Origin: an uncultured Verrucomicrobiae bacterium
GTDB taxonomy: Bacteria > Verrucomicrobiota > Verrucomicrobiia > Chthoniobacterales > JAFAMB01
Assembly (NCBI GenBank): GCA_963775805.1
Contig: CAVZKG010000001.1
Span: 104,180-168,179, forward strand
Length of the DNA: 64,000 nucleotides
Direction: 5' to 3'
Part shown: positions 52,369 to 61,648 of the stretch, piece after piece
Layout: every line of letters begins with the position of its first letter
Position numbering within the stretch: the stretch's first letter is position 1
The notes under the pieces: generated by a model
Databases searched by the model: none
The model's input: the letters and a program-made list of their open reading frames with translations, nothing else
Told to the model about the DNA's origin: nothing
Program-made: the position numbers and the translations under genes

Positions 52369-53358
52369 ATGGCTCAAAACGCTTCTGCCTCCGTCAATCG
52401 TGGCACGGTCTCAATAGGCCGTGCCATAGCGACTCCACCAGTGGGGCCGCTGTTGGTATTGCTGGTGTTCTGCGCGATTTTTTCGCTGACCACCCATACA
52501 TTTCTCGCTTTGGGAAACCTCTCGCTGGTGATCCAGCAGAGCGTGATTGTGGGGACGCTAGCGGTTGGCCAAACGATTGTGATCCTGACTGGAGGGATCG
52601 ATCTTGCCAATGGCTCCGTGGCAGTCCTCGGGACGATCGTTGCAGGTCGGATGGTCAACGATGCGAACAATCCGGCGCTCTGTCTGCTGTTCGCGATCTT
52701 TTTATGCACGCTCGTCGGGATTATCGCCGGGTTGCTTGTCAGCCGGTTGATGTTGCCCCCTTTCATTGTCACGCTTGGGTTGTTAGGAATTGTGACGGCG
52801 GCAACACGATTGATTGCTCAAGGGGGAGCTTTTCCGGTTACTGACGATTTTTTGGGCTGGACCGGGAACGGCTTTCCGTTCGACGGCAGTGGAGTCACGT
52901 ACGGCATGCTTATCATGTTCGGCCTCTATGCGCTGATCTGGTACATGCTCACTCAGACTGCATGGGGCCGTCACGTTTATGCGATTGGAAACAACCGCGT
53001 GGCGGCAAGGTTGGTTGGTATCCCTGTTCAGAACAGGCTTCTTTCCGTTTACGTGCTTGCCGCGTTCATTTATGGACTTGCAGCGTGGCTGGCGCTTGGG
53101 CGGATTCCAAACGCCGATCCCAACGCGCTCCAGACCGCGAACCTGGATAGTATCACGGCGGTGGTCATCGGGGGGACGAGTCTTTTTGGCGGGCGCGGGA
53201 GTATCTGGGGGACGCTCGTTGGAACCTTAATTGTATCTGTGTTACGCAACGGATTAACGCTTTCGGGATTTGACCCGCTTTGGCAGGATCTGGTGACCGG
53301 CATTCTCGTAATCACCGCCGTTGCAGTCGACCAGATTTCACGAGGGAAACAGAGATGA
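52369..53358 (+). CDS. frcC: Fructose-type sugar ABC permease
   Basis: ILTGGIDL, WGRHVYAIG, NLDSITAVVIGGTSLFGGRG. Confidence 0.8.
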   Translation: MAQNASASVNRGTVSIGRAIATPPVGPLLVLLVFCAIFSLTTHTFLALGNLSLVIQQSVIVGTLAVGQTIVILTGGIDLANGSVAVLGTIVAGRMVNDANNPALCLLFAIFLCTLVGIIAGLLVSRLMLPPFIVTLGLLGIVTAATRLIAQGGAFPVTDDFLGWTGNGFPFDGSGVTYGMLIMFGLYALIWYMLTQTAWGRHVYAIGNNRVAARLVGIPVQNRLLSVYVLAAFIYGLAAWLALGRIPNADPNALQTANLDSITAVVIGGTSLFGGRGSIWGTLVGTLIVSVLRNGLTLSGFDPLWQDLVTGILVITAVAVDQISRGKQR

Positions 53359-54185
53359 ACGTACAAGATAGTCCGGGCGCCTCATCGGCGAAGGGAGAAA
53401 TTGTCCTCGAGGCACGAAACATTGTGAAGCGGTACGGGCACGTGACGGCGCTGGATGGCGCGAATTTCGAACTCCGTGCCGGAGAAGTTCTGGCGGTTAT
53501 CGGCGACAACGGGGCAGGAAAAAGCACGATGGTCAAAGTGCTCTGCGGAGCAGTGATACCGGACGAGGGAGAAGTGCTGCTGGATGGAGTACCTGTTCAC
53601 TTTCAAAGCCCGTTGGATCCACGCAAGCGGGGCATTGAAACGGTATACCAGGATTTAGCAGTTGCACCGGCGCTCGACATAGCAACTAACCTTTTTCTGG
53701 GCCGAGAAATTCGGTGTCGAGGCATACTCGGTTCCTGGTTCCGGCTACTCGATAAGCGGAGAATGAAACGGGAGGCGCAGAAGGAAATGGCGGAACTCAA
53801 ATTTCATCTTCCCTCGATCGACAGTGCAGTCGAGAACCTCTCGGGCGGACAGCGGCAGGGGGTAGCAGTTGCCCGTGCGGCGATTTTCGGCCGACGGCTG
53901 GTCATCATGGACGAGCCGACGGCGGCGCTCGGAGTACGCGAATCGGGCGAAGTGCTGAATCTGATCCGGACGATTCGCGACAGAGGGTTGCCGGTGCTCC
54001 TAATCAGTCACAATATGCCGCACGTTTTTGAACTTGCGGATCGGATTCACATCATGCGGCTGGGACGTCGGGTTGCTCTCACAACGCCGAAGGATCACAC
54101 GATGGGCGAAGTTGTGGCGATTATGACGGGCGCGATGCCGGGAAACGAAAAGCCTCCTGGCGCCGACTCGCCATCTGGCAGTTGA
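53355..54185 (+). CDS. frcA: Fructose-type sugar ABC ATP-binding protein (single domain)
   Basis: GDNGAGKS, LSGGQRQGVAVARA, MDEPTAALGV, SHNMPHVF. ATGA overlap with the permease. Confidence 0.82.
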   Translation: MNVQDSPGASSAKGEIVLEARNIVKRYGHVTALDGANFELRAGEVLAVIGDNGAGKSTMVKVLCGAVIPDEGEVLLDGVPVHFQSPLDPRKRGIETVYQDLAVAPALDIATNLFLGREIRCRGILGSWFRLLDKRRMKREAQKEMAELKFHLPSIDSAVENLSGGQRQGVAVARAAIFGRRLVIMDEPTAALGVRESGEVLNLIRTIRDRGLPVLLISHNMPHVFELADRIHIMRLGRRVALTTPKDHTMGEVVAIMTGAMPGNEKPPGADSPSGS

Positions 54186-54211
54186 GCGAAAAAGCGAAGA
54201 GCGCGCGCTGC

Positions 54212-54727
54212 TTACAACGCTTTCTTTCGCCAGATTCGTTTTACTGGTGGTTCCGGTGGCTCGCCATCTATTTTCAGAATTTGAGTCAGAACAAGGGTTT
54301 TGCCTCCATCCGCCAGTTCGCGGACAATGGTGAGAAGAGCATTTTTGCCCTGTTTAATTTGAAAACGGTTTGTTGAAATGAGGCTACGGCCATCGGGCGC
54401 CCAGATTGTCTTCGTCGTATAGGAACCAGTGCGTTACTCCGCGTTGGTTTGCTCTGTGCCATCGAGGTGGAGATTTTCTCTTCTAGAAAATGCGAGCCCA
54501 TGCGTGTCGATCGAGAGTTCCGTACTTGATTGTGAGTATTTTGCATCCAACTCGATCGTTGCGGCCAGTTTCCTTTCGAGAAAAGAGATTCCCATGCGTT
54601 TCAGCATCGATTCTGGAGAGTCCGAAGCTTTCAAATCGAGTATCCAAGTCCCATTGAAATCCTGACCCGCAGAGCCTGAGGTAAACATTAGAAGAAGCGC
54701 TATAAATGATGTGGTCAAAATTCGCAT
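54212..54727 (-). pseudogene. Secreted lipocalin/FABP-like protein interrupted by an in-frame TAA at 54434-54436
   Basis: Signal peptide then DFNGTWILD (GxW). The frame stays open after the stop (RTGSYTTKTIWAPDG...VRELADGGKTLVLT...VKRIWRKKAL*). Confidence 0.65.
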
Positions 54728-54883
54728 GTTGACGTCGGGACGGTTTAAAGCAACCGTGCGCCGCGAAAGCAAGGTGGTTTTGAGGGTTGGTCAATTTCGG
54801 CGTCGGCGCAGACGTACGCTAAACCGCAATTAGTTGTGGTTTGAGTGTTGCCTTACCCAACAGGTTGTGTAGTGTGACTCATT

Positions 54884-55264
54884 ATGTTGTCGAAAACAGA
54901 ACTGTTGCCTGTAAAGGATCGGCTGAAAGAGGCCGACCAACATCTCGCGTACGTGAAAGAGAGCCTACGGCACATCAAATGTGTGGAAGACAAGCGGATT
55001 ATGAATGATTTGGTGGGTGCGATTGACGCCCAGCGTAGAGCAGTCGAGCAGATGCTGGAAGTACTGGACGCTATCGCACGTCACGATTTTTTGAGCGGCA
55101 AGGTTCAGGAACTTCATGGCACCAATCGAAAGGTGTCAGATCGAAAGGAATTACGGAAACGGATGGTTCGTGGGGAAGCAGCCGATCCGACGCAGACGAT
55201 GTTTCGGGTTGCGGAGGAGCCGGAGCTGATTTCGGGCGATCAGAAGGAGGCAACGGCGGCCTAG
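54884..55264 (+). CDS. Hypothetical helical protein
   Basis: 126-aa ATG ORF filling an intergenic gap, coiled-coil-like composition. Confidence 0.6.
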   Translation: MLSKTELLPVKDRLKEADQHLAYVKESLRHIKCVEDKRIMNDLVGAIDAQRRAVEQMLEVLDAIARHDFLSGKVQELHGTNRKVSDRKELRKRMVRGEAADPTQTMFRVAEEPELISGDQKEATAA

Positions 55265-55370
55265 GAGTGGGGAGTTTGGAGTTCCGGGATCGAAGTTTGA
55301 GGTTCGAGGTTCGAGGTTCCGGGTTCGGAGTTGGGGGTCGAGGGGTCGGGTTAGGAGGTTGGTTGTTAGG
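55265..55370. repeat. Degenerate G-rich heptamer array (AGGTTCG-type)
   Basis: About 15 degenerate 7-mers between convergent genes. Confidence 0.8.
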
Positions 55371-55377
55371 CGTTTGC

Positions 55378-56985
55378 CTATTGTGGAGGTGGCTGGGCTA
55401 TCTCCCTGTTAATGAGAATGTAGTGATAGACGGTGGCTTGGTCGCCGGTATGAAGCTCCAGGACTCTATCGAGGATTGCGCGCTCACTTTTGGTCATGCG
55501 ACGGTGGAGAAGAATATATTCTTGCCAGGTTGTCGTAACGGCTTCCAGCCTGAATATAGAACGGTTGGAGAGGCTTTCGTAGAGCCTGACGCTGGAAGCT
55601 CCGTTGCGCAAATAGATCAGGCGCAATTCCTGCATTAGATCCAAGAACGCCTTGCGACGCTTGAGTTCAACATTCAATTCCGCGACTACTGCGATAGGAC
55701 CGTCATCAGGATTGGGAGCTTCCGGGAATATCGGAATACGAGGTGGTAACGCCGGTTCGGAATCGAGTGTTTTGATGAAGTCGATTGAGAGCGGGCCAGC
55801 GAGTGCCAGATTCAAGCAAACGAGCAAAGTTGCTAGTAAGAGAGTGTACTCGAATCCAGTGAACGCGGCAGCTGCACCCCAGGCGAGACCGCCAAGGGCT
55901 ATCCCACCTTGAGAAACCATAATCTGTGCAGCGTTTAAGCGTCCTCGCGTCCAGGCGGGCATTGCCTGTTGGGCGACGACCCACAGCTCGGAGGCAGCAA
56001 GCGTCCAACCGAGACCACCCAGCGCTGCGACCCCGATAAAGTTTTCGAGATGGCGAATAGCGGCCATCAGAATATAAACAACCGCGATTAGGAGGCTTGC
56101 GATGATTGTTACGTCGTTGGAACTGAATCGCTCACGAGCCCAGGGAACGATAAATACCGCGCCAACCAATGATCCGACCGCCATGCTTGTGAACAGAATA
56201 CCAAGGTGTGCCGAATTCAGATGAAGCGCTTTGAGTCCCACCGCGGGCAGCAGGGCTGGAATGACCGATATTAGCAAAGAAAAGAGAAAAGCCCGCAACA
56301 ACACCACCTGTATTCCGCGGCTATAACGGACATAGCGTATCGCACCAACGAACGATTCAATTATGCTCTCCGTCGGTGTCCTGGTTCTTTTGCGCGGGTG
56401 ATTCCACCTTAAGATGGCAGCGAGCACCACAAGAAATCCGCACGCGTTGACCGCGAAAACGGCATTAGCTCCAAGCAGCGGCAGAAGGATTCCACCGAGG
56501 GCCGGGCCCAGGACTCCGGAAATATTCATTTGGACGCCGCCGAGCGTGACCGCTGAAGCAAGTTCCTCCTTCGTTACTACATCAGGGATCACTGAAGTCC
56601 AAGCAGGGGCATTAACAGCGAATCCGATACCCAACAGGAATACGGCAGCAAGGATCACCCCGGGAGTCAGGAGCCTAATGTACCCCAACACAGCTAGCCC
56701 CCCGGCCGCCGCGATCAGCCAGACATGCATCACGCACAGCAGTTTCTTGCGATTCAGCATGTCTGCCAGAGCTCCGGCGGGGAATGTAAATAGAAAGAAC
56801 GGAAGCGAGGCGGCAGTCGATAATAACGAAAGGAATAAGGGGGAGGGGGAGAGTGTGTTCATCGCCCAGGTCGCGGCCATGTCGTGCGCCGAAACGCAGC
56901 AGCCGGAGACCAAGCTTGCAAGCCAAAGACTCCTGAAAACAGGGTTCCGAAGAGCGAGCCAAGTGGAAGTTGAAGAAGTCGGCAT
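55378..56985 (-). CDS. MFS transporter (MFS_3/DUF894 type) with soluble C-terminal domain
   Basis: LRNPVFRSLWLA, PAGALAD, APAW, MPAWTRGR, about 12 TMs plus PDDGPI...RNGA tail. Confidence 0.88.
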   Translation of the reverse strand: MPTSSTSTWLALRNPVFRSLWLASLVSGCCVSAHDMAATWAMNTLSPSPLFLSLLSTAASLPFFLFTFPAGALADMLNRKKLLCVMHVWLIAAAGGLAVLGYIRLLTPGVILAAVFLLGIGFAVNAPAWTSVIPDVVTKEELASAVTLGGVQMNISGVLGPALGGILLPLLGANAVFAVNACGFLVVLAAILRWNHPRKRTRTPTESIIESFVGAIRYVRYSRGIQVVLLRAFLFSLLISVIPALLPAVGLKALHLNSAHLGILFTSMAVGSLVGAVFIVPWARERFSSNDVTIIASLLIAVVYILMAAIRHLENFIGVAALGGLGWTLAASELWVVAQQAMPAWTRGRLNAAQIMVSQGGIALGGLAWGAAAAFTGFEYTLLLATLLVCLNLALAGPLSIDFIKTLDSEPALPPRIPIFPEAPNPDDGPIAVVAELNVELKRRKAFLDLMQELRLIYLRNGASSVRLYESLSNRSIFRLEAVTTTWQEYILLHRRMTKSERAILDRVLELHTGDQATVYHYILINREIAQPPPQ

Positions 56986-57482
56986 CGATCAATTATAGGA
57001 GCGGTACGATGTGAATGTCCGGTTATTCAATAGCTTCTTCCCGGTTTTGGAAATGAGATAAATTTTATTGGCATGAAGACTCACGGGTTTGAAAAACTTG
57101 TGAGTCGTTCAGGCTAGATCTGCGACTTCGGAAAGACCATGCTCAAGGTCGGGGCTGGGCAGCAGCCGGTCGAGAGGGAGAGAGCGAAGGGCAGATTTAC
57201 GAAATCACCCTGGCTGAGATCATTGCCGCGAGAAACGCCGATCGCGACGAGTGAACAGCGAATATGCGGCGATTTAAGCGGTGTAATATTACGAATTACG
57301 AGCTACACGCGTCGTGCACTTTTAACGGTCAAAATGGCACATTGCACGCTGTGGAGACTCGGTTGTGCTTCGAGTCCGTCTGCTTAGAGAAGCGCAGAAA
57401 TTGTTTTGGTACTTTCGACCGCAACATGCTGCGAGCTTGCATGAGCTCGCACGCGGGGTTTCTGCGCTTCCGCAGCGGGGAA

Positions 57483-57887
57483 TTATTTCGCCTTGAAAAG
57501 GCCGCCGCCGAGAGGCTGAACACCTAACATTTTGTACAGACGGATGCCGAGGACCTTCTTGGCGTCTTTGAATGTGAATTGATATCCCTGCTCGACAAGA
57601 GCATCGTAGATCTCCGCGGTCCGGAGAGGTTTTTTGCTGCCTTCCAAGATGGCGACAACGGCGGGACGCAATGTGCCTCGTCCCTCATCTGTGCTCTTGG
57701 GCGCTGCTTCCACAGCCGCCTTTTTTGGCGAAGAGACCCGGCGTTTCGGTACCGGTTTTGTATGGTTTTGCTTTACTTCTTCAATCGAGCTCGCTCCGCC
57801 AAGCAATGCTTGAAGCTGAGTTTCGAGTGATTCGATTTGTTCCGCCAATTTAGCGGCCTGCGCAAATGTCTTGGATGATAGGTGCAC
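57483..57887 (-). CDS. Putative DNA-binding protein (N-terminal coiled coil, basic linker, C-terminal winged-helix-like domain)
   Basis: AAKLAEQIESLETQLQALLGG, K/R/P-rich linker, TLRPAVVAIL..KPLRTAEIYDAL...GGGLFK. Confidence 0.65.
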   Translation of the reverse strand: MHLSSKTFAQAAKLAEQIESLETQLQALLGGASSIEEVKQNHTKPVPKRRVSSPKKAAVEAAPKSTDEGRGTLRPAVVAILEGSKKPLRTAEIYDALVEQGYQFTFKDAKKVLGIRLYKMLGVQPLGGGLFKAK

Positions 57888-58290
57888 TGACTTTGTATAG
57901 TTGCGAATAAGTGGTTTGGTGACAGTACTCAGTTATTGCACGGGTGCAAAAACTTTTAATTAATTAGATAGGAATAGATCCTATAATCGTTTCGTTTGTT
58001 CTATCCCACCCATCCGCAGAACAATCGAAAAAGAGAGAGTGAGGAAAAATCTCATGGCGTATGAGAGATGTTTAAGCAGCGGATAGAAATGTCGAGTTTA
58101 ACCGTGAGGCCGCTTTAATCGGCGATCAGCTACTGGGGCCATAACAACGGGTCTACGGTGCGGGGCAGCAAACGGGATTTGTTACGGAGCAAGATAACAG
58201 AGCTGAATGCAGCGTATTACCAAAGTGAAATCGTTTGGTGAGTGACGGCCGGATTCGTGAAGATCCATAAGCACCATAGAGAATAGCAAA

Positions 58291-59571
58291 TTACATCGCT
58301 ATTGAATCTGATCCCGCTTTATAAATGGGCCTGGGATTTGGCTCTAAAGTGAGATGAAATCCCGCTGCCCGGAGAGCGGCTCCGCTGGAGCGAAAGTTAT
58401 GCATTAGCGTCCAGACAAGGCCCGTCCTGTAATTCTCAATCGATAGCAGAACCATCCCAAGGTCGATGCCAACCACGTCGTGCCCGCACCATTCTTTGTC
58501 TATGTTGAAGGCGTTGACAAAGCCATATTTGCCCCAGAGCCCCTGCTTATTGTAGAGCGCTCGAGCGGCCAATAAAGCGAGCTGCGGGGTAAAGAGAATC
58601 GAGGAGATAGCTCCTGTGGGTGAAACGGTGCCGTCGTTTGTGCCGCCCGGGGCACCATAGGCGGTATATCCCTGTGGACCGTCGCTGGCATTGAGACCCC
58701 AAAAGCCCTCTGCATATGTGCGGAAGCCGGCTGAGCGATCCAGGCAAAACTGGCGATGGATATTCATCGCGTTGGTCGATGATGCCCAATAGTCATAGCC
58801 GATGCCGTCGCGCTGGCTGCGGAAATTGAAATATCCCGAGGGCATCTGATGGATAAAAATGGGACCGCCCTGCAGAGATTCGATGTTATCATACATCTGA
58901 ATCGGCCGAGCGATAGCGGTCCAGCATTCTTTCGGCAGGGAGTTCGTGGGCGCGCCGAGGCCGAGCAAGTAGAGAAGAATTGCCTCACTATAAGCGCCAT
59001 AATCATAGCCTATGAACTGGCTTTCAGGGTACCAGCCGTGTGAAAGGATCCGTTTCTCAGGTTTTGCACCACCGTTGGTGAGCATCCACCACCAGTCTAT
59101 ACGCCGGTAAAGCGTATCCACTAAGACGGCGATTTCATTGTTCGAATCGTCAGACGCGAAGTATTCGCTGCAAACAATGGCGCCTGCCAGCAAAAGGGCA
59201 GTGTCGATACTGGAAAATTCGCTATTCCAAGTACGTTGACCGCTTCTTTTGTCGACAAAGTGTAGCATCCAGCCGTGCTCGTTCGGCATCTTGAGCAGGA
59301 ATTGAAGCGTCTCTCTGGCTCGCGTCTCTGCTTGGTTTCTATCCAACCAGCCATGCTCTACTCCGATCGCCAGTGCTGCCAGCCCATACCCAGTAGCCGC
59401 GCTGGATGCTTCTATAGAACTGTCGTCACCGAAGTTATTGGCGCGATCCTTAACAAGGCCGGTGCGTGGATCCGCGGTTTCCCAAAAGTAGAGGACCGCG
59501 CGACGCTGCAGTTCGTCCAGAAGCTGGTCGTCTGTGAGTTGCGATGTAGGGGGGACCTTTTGAGTCTTCAC
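58291..59571 (-). CDS. Glucoamylase-family (PF10091 / GH144-like) putative beta-1,2-glucanase
   Basis: YFWE...TGLV.DR, AATGYGL, SSIDTALL, YSEAILLYLL, WGLNASDGP, GIDLG...IENYRTG. Confidence 0.85.
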   Translation of the reverse strand: MKTQKVPPTSQLTDDQLLDELQRRAVLYFWETADPRTGLVKDRANNFGDDSSIEASSAATGYGLAALAIGVEHGWLDRNQAETRARETLQFLLKMPNEHGWMLHFVDKRSGQRTWNSEFSSIDTALLLAGAIVCSEYFASDDSNNEIAVLVDTLYRRIDWWWMLTNGGAKPEKRILSHGWYPESQFIGYDYGAYSEAILLYLLGLGAPTNSLPKECWTAIARPIQMYDNIESLQGGPIFIHQMPSGYFNFRSQRDGIGYDYWASSTNAMNIHRQFCLDRSAGFRTYAEGFWGLNASDGPQGYTAYGAPGGTNDGTVSPTGAISSILFTPQLALLAARALYNKQGLWGKYGFVNAFNIDKEWCGHDVVGIDLGMVLLSIENYRTGLVWTLMHNFRSSGAALRAAGFHLTLEPNPRPIYKAGSDSIAM

Positions 59572-59716
59572 AAGGAATCAGTAGCAGGAACGTGCATTAT
59601 AATTAACGAATATTTTCGAGATCATGTTGGAGATTTGAGAGGTATCGGTGGAAGAGGCGTCGAGAGATTTGGAGCGAATGGAGAAAATCCCTGATTGCGG
59701 CACGAGATTGGAATTC

Positions 59717-59732
59717 TGGCCCGCAATGTGCT
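59717..59732 (+). promoter_or_regulatory. Possible sigma54 promoter
   Basis: TGGCCCGCAATGTGCT with GG-N10-GC spacing, 55 nt upstream of the small membrane protein. Confidence 0.4.
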
Positions 59733-59787
59733 TTATTGTACGAGAGAAAGCGGTCTTCGGACCGAAGCAAATTGGGGAGGTTGTACA

Positions 59788-59970
59788 ATGGAATTTCTTT
59801 TCCTGACGATTGTGTCAGTAGCGGTGGTGCTGCTGATTTGGAGCGCTTATCAGCGGATGGAGCGGCGGCGTCGATCGAAACGGTTTCGAGGGGCCGTCGA
59901 AAGCCTGGATGCCGTGCAAAAAGCTTTAACGAACCTTGCTGAAAGCAAGGAAAAAGCGAGGTCCAACTAG
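59788..59970 (+). CDS. Small single-pass membrane protein (60 aa)
   Basis: GGAGG SD, ATG, hydrophobic helix followed by RRRRSKR. Confidence 0.7.
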   Translation: MEFLFLTIVSVAVVLLIWSAYQRMERRRRSKRFRGAVESLDAVQKALTNLAESKEKARSN

Positions 59971-60064
59971 CCTGAACAGCTACAACCCGGAAAGTTTTCG
60001 GGGTTAGCAGTGTTCATCCGTCGCAAGCCGCTTGGAAGCGGCCTGCCTGAGCGAGAAATGCTGG

Positions 60065-60907
60065 CTAAGCGTGAAGTGTGATCGCCGTGACTTCCGGCGG
60101 GCAATTCCACCTCGCGTTGACGAGGATGGTTCCTATTCCGCGTGTTGTATAGACTTGGGCGTCTCCGACACGGTAGAGGCCCATGCTATAGACTGTTCCC
60201 ATCGGTGGCAATATTAGCGGGCCAATTATTGGCAACCGAACCTGGCCGCCGTGGCTGTGGCCGGAGAGCTGTAAATCGATCGGATATCGCGGGACCAAGC
60301 TGGTTATGAAGTCGGGCTCATGAAGTGCGAGGATCGTGGTGGTATCACCACGGCGGTTAGCGAACGCTGCTTCCGGGGAAGGGTTTCCGGCCCAGGCTGA
60401 GTCGATTCCGGCAAGATAAATAGAGTGCAGCCCTCGCTGGATCGTTATCCCCTCGTTCATTAGAACTCGGACACCGGCCTGTGCCAAAGCGCGCGAGACG
60501 ATTTTTGGTCCTTTGTAGTGGTCGTGGTTCCCGAGAACCGAAAAGGTTCCTTTCGCCGGGTTGAGTTCTGAAAGGACGGGTACGAGATCGAACACCGGGT
60601 CGACAGTGCGCCAGACAAAATCTCCCGGTAGCAGCACCAGGTCAGGTTGAAATGAGTTCGCAAGTCGGACGGCATCGCGCACAACCTTCAGCGGAGTGAA
60701 CGGATAGAGATGGATATCGCTGAATAGAGCGATCCTGAAGCCTTCAAAAGCGGTCGGCAGTTTCGGGATTCGGATCGAACGCTCTTCCAGTAGAACGCGG
60801 AGTGGTTCGAGACGCGTAGCATATCCGAGCTCGGCCGCACCAGGTAGCGCGACCGATAAACCAACACCTCCCGCGATCTGCAAGAACCTACGTCGCGATA
60901 CTCTCAT
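60065..60907 (-). CDS. Metallophosphoesterase (YkuE/YaeI-like) with Tat signal
   Basis: SRRRFLQ twin-arginine motif, SDIH, GD, GNHD, HEPD, SGHSHGGQ. Confidence 0.9.
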   Translation of the reverse strand: MRVSRRRFLQIAGGVGLSVALPGAAELGYATRLEPLRVLLEERSIRIPKLPTAFEGFRIALFSDIHLYPFTPLKVVRDAVRLANSFQPDLVLLPGDFVWRTVDPVFDLVPVLSELNPAKGTFSVLGNHDHYKGPKIVSRALAQAGVRVLMNEGITIQRGLHSIYLAGIDSAWAGNPSPEAAFANRRGDTTTILALHEPDFITSLVPRYPIDLQLSGHSHGGQVRLPIIGPLILPPMGTVYSMGLYRVGDAQVYTTRGIGTILVNARWNCPPEVTAITLHA

Positions 60908-61150
60908 GTTTTCTAAATATGCAATGTTCGGGAGGTGGTGGACAGATACAACCATTCGGAAGGAGTGTCAAAAGCCGGGCAATCTCCGATTGGATTGAAG
61001 TTTTGCCCACCTTAAAATTCGGCGAGGTAGATCTGCTCCCGAGATTTTCGCATTGCCGGTTCACCGATTCTCCATTGACCGGGATTCCATGCATTTCTAT
61101 AGTGATTTTGCGATCGGGGATTATCGGGGTTACTCGGATTTTACAGCAAT

Positions 61151-61645
61151 ATGGCTCTATCAATTGGCACGAAAGCTCCGGACTTTTCATTAAGTTTCAA
61201 GAATTCGGAGGGCATCAAACTGGTTAGGCTCAGTGACAACTTTGGCAAGCAGAATAGTTTGCTGCTATTTTTTCCGATGGCGTTCACAAGCGTCTGTACG
61301 ACGGAGCTCTGTGAGACCAGCAACGAGCTGGGTGAATATGAGGATCTGAATGCCGCAGTCTACGGGATAAGTGGCGACAGCCCTTTTACCCTGGAAGTCT
61401 GGGCGAACAAGGAAAAGATCAGCGTTCCCCTATTAAGCGACTACGAACATCTCGTGACCAAGGCCTACGGCGTCGCATACGAGAGCTTTTTGCCGGAGCG
61501 CAATTTGCCGATGGGTGGCGTGGCGAAGCGCTCGGCATTTGTCATCGATCGCGACGGCACGATCCAGTATGCGGAGATCTCGGATGACCCGAGACAGTTG
61601 CCAAATTTTAAGGCCATCAAAGCGAAACTTAGTGAACTAAATTAG
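61151..61645 (+). CDS. Peroxiredoxin (AhpC/TSA family, AhpE-like)
   Basis: FFPMAFTSVCTTELC (PxxxTxxC), ISGDSPF, RSAFVID. Confidence 0.9.
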   Translation: MALSIGTKAPDFSLSFKNSEGIKLVRLSDNFGKQNSLLLFFPMAFTSVCTTELCETSNELGEYEDLNAAVYGISGDSPFTLEVWANKEKISVPLLSDYEHLVTKAYGVAYESFLPERNLPMGGVAKRSAFVIDRDGTIQYAEISDDPRQLPNFKAIKAKLSELN

Positions 61646-61648
61646 AGT

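Noticed and set aside
55267-55638. 123-aa plus-strand ORF
   Set aside because: Composed of the heptamer array plus antisense of the MFS gene.
56990-57480. Short ORFs and a GACTCAC..GTGAGTC inverted repeat upstream of the MFS gene
   Set aside because: No recognisable protein or RNA family, and a single hairpin is insufficient evidence.
59984-60042. Intrinsic terminator between convergent genes
   Set aside because: Hairpins are present but imperfect or lack a U-tract on either strand.
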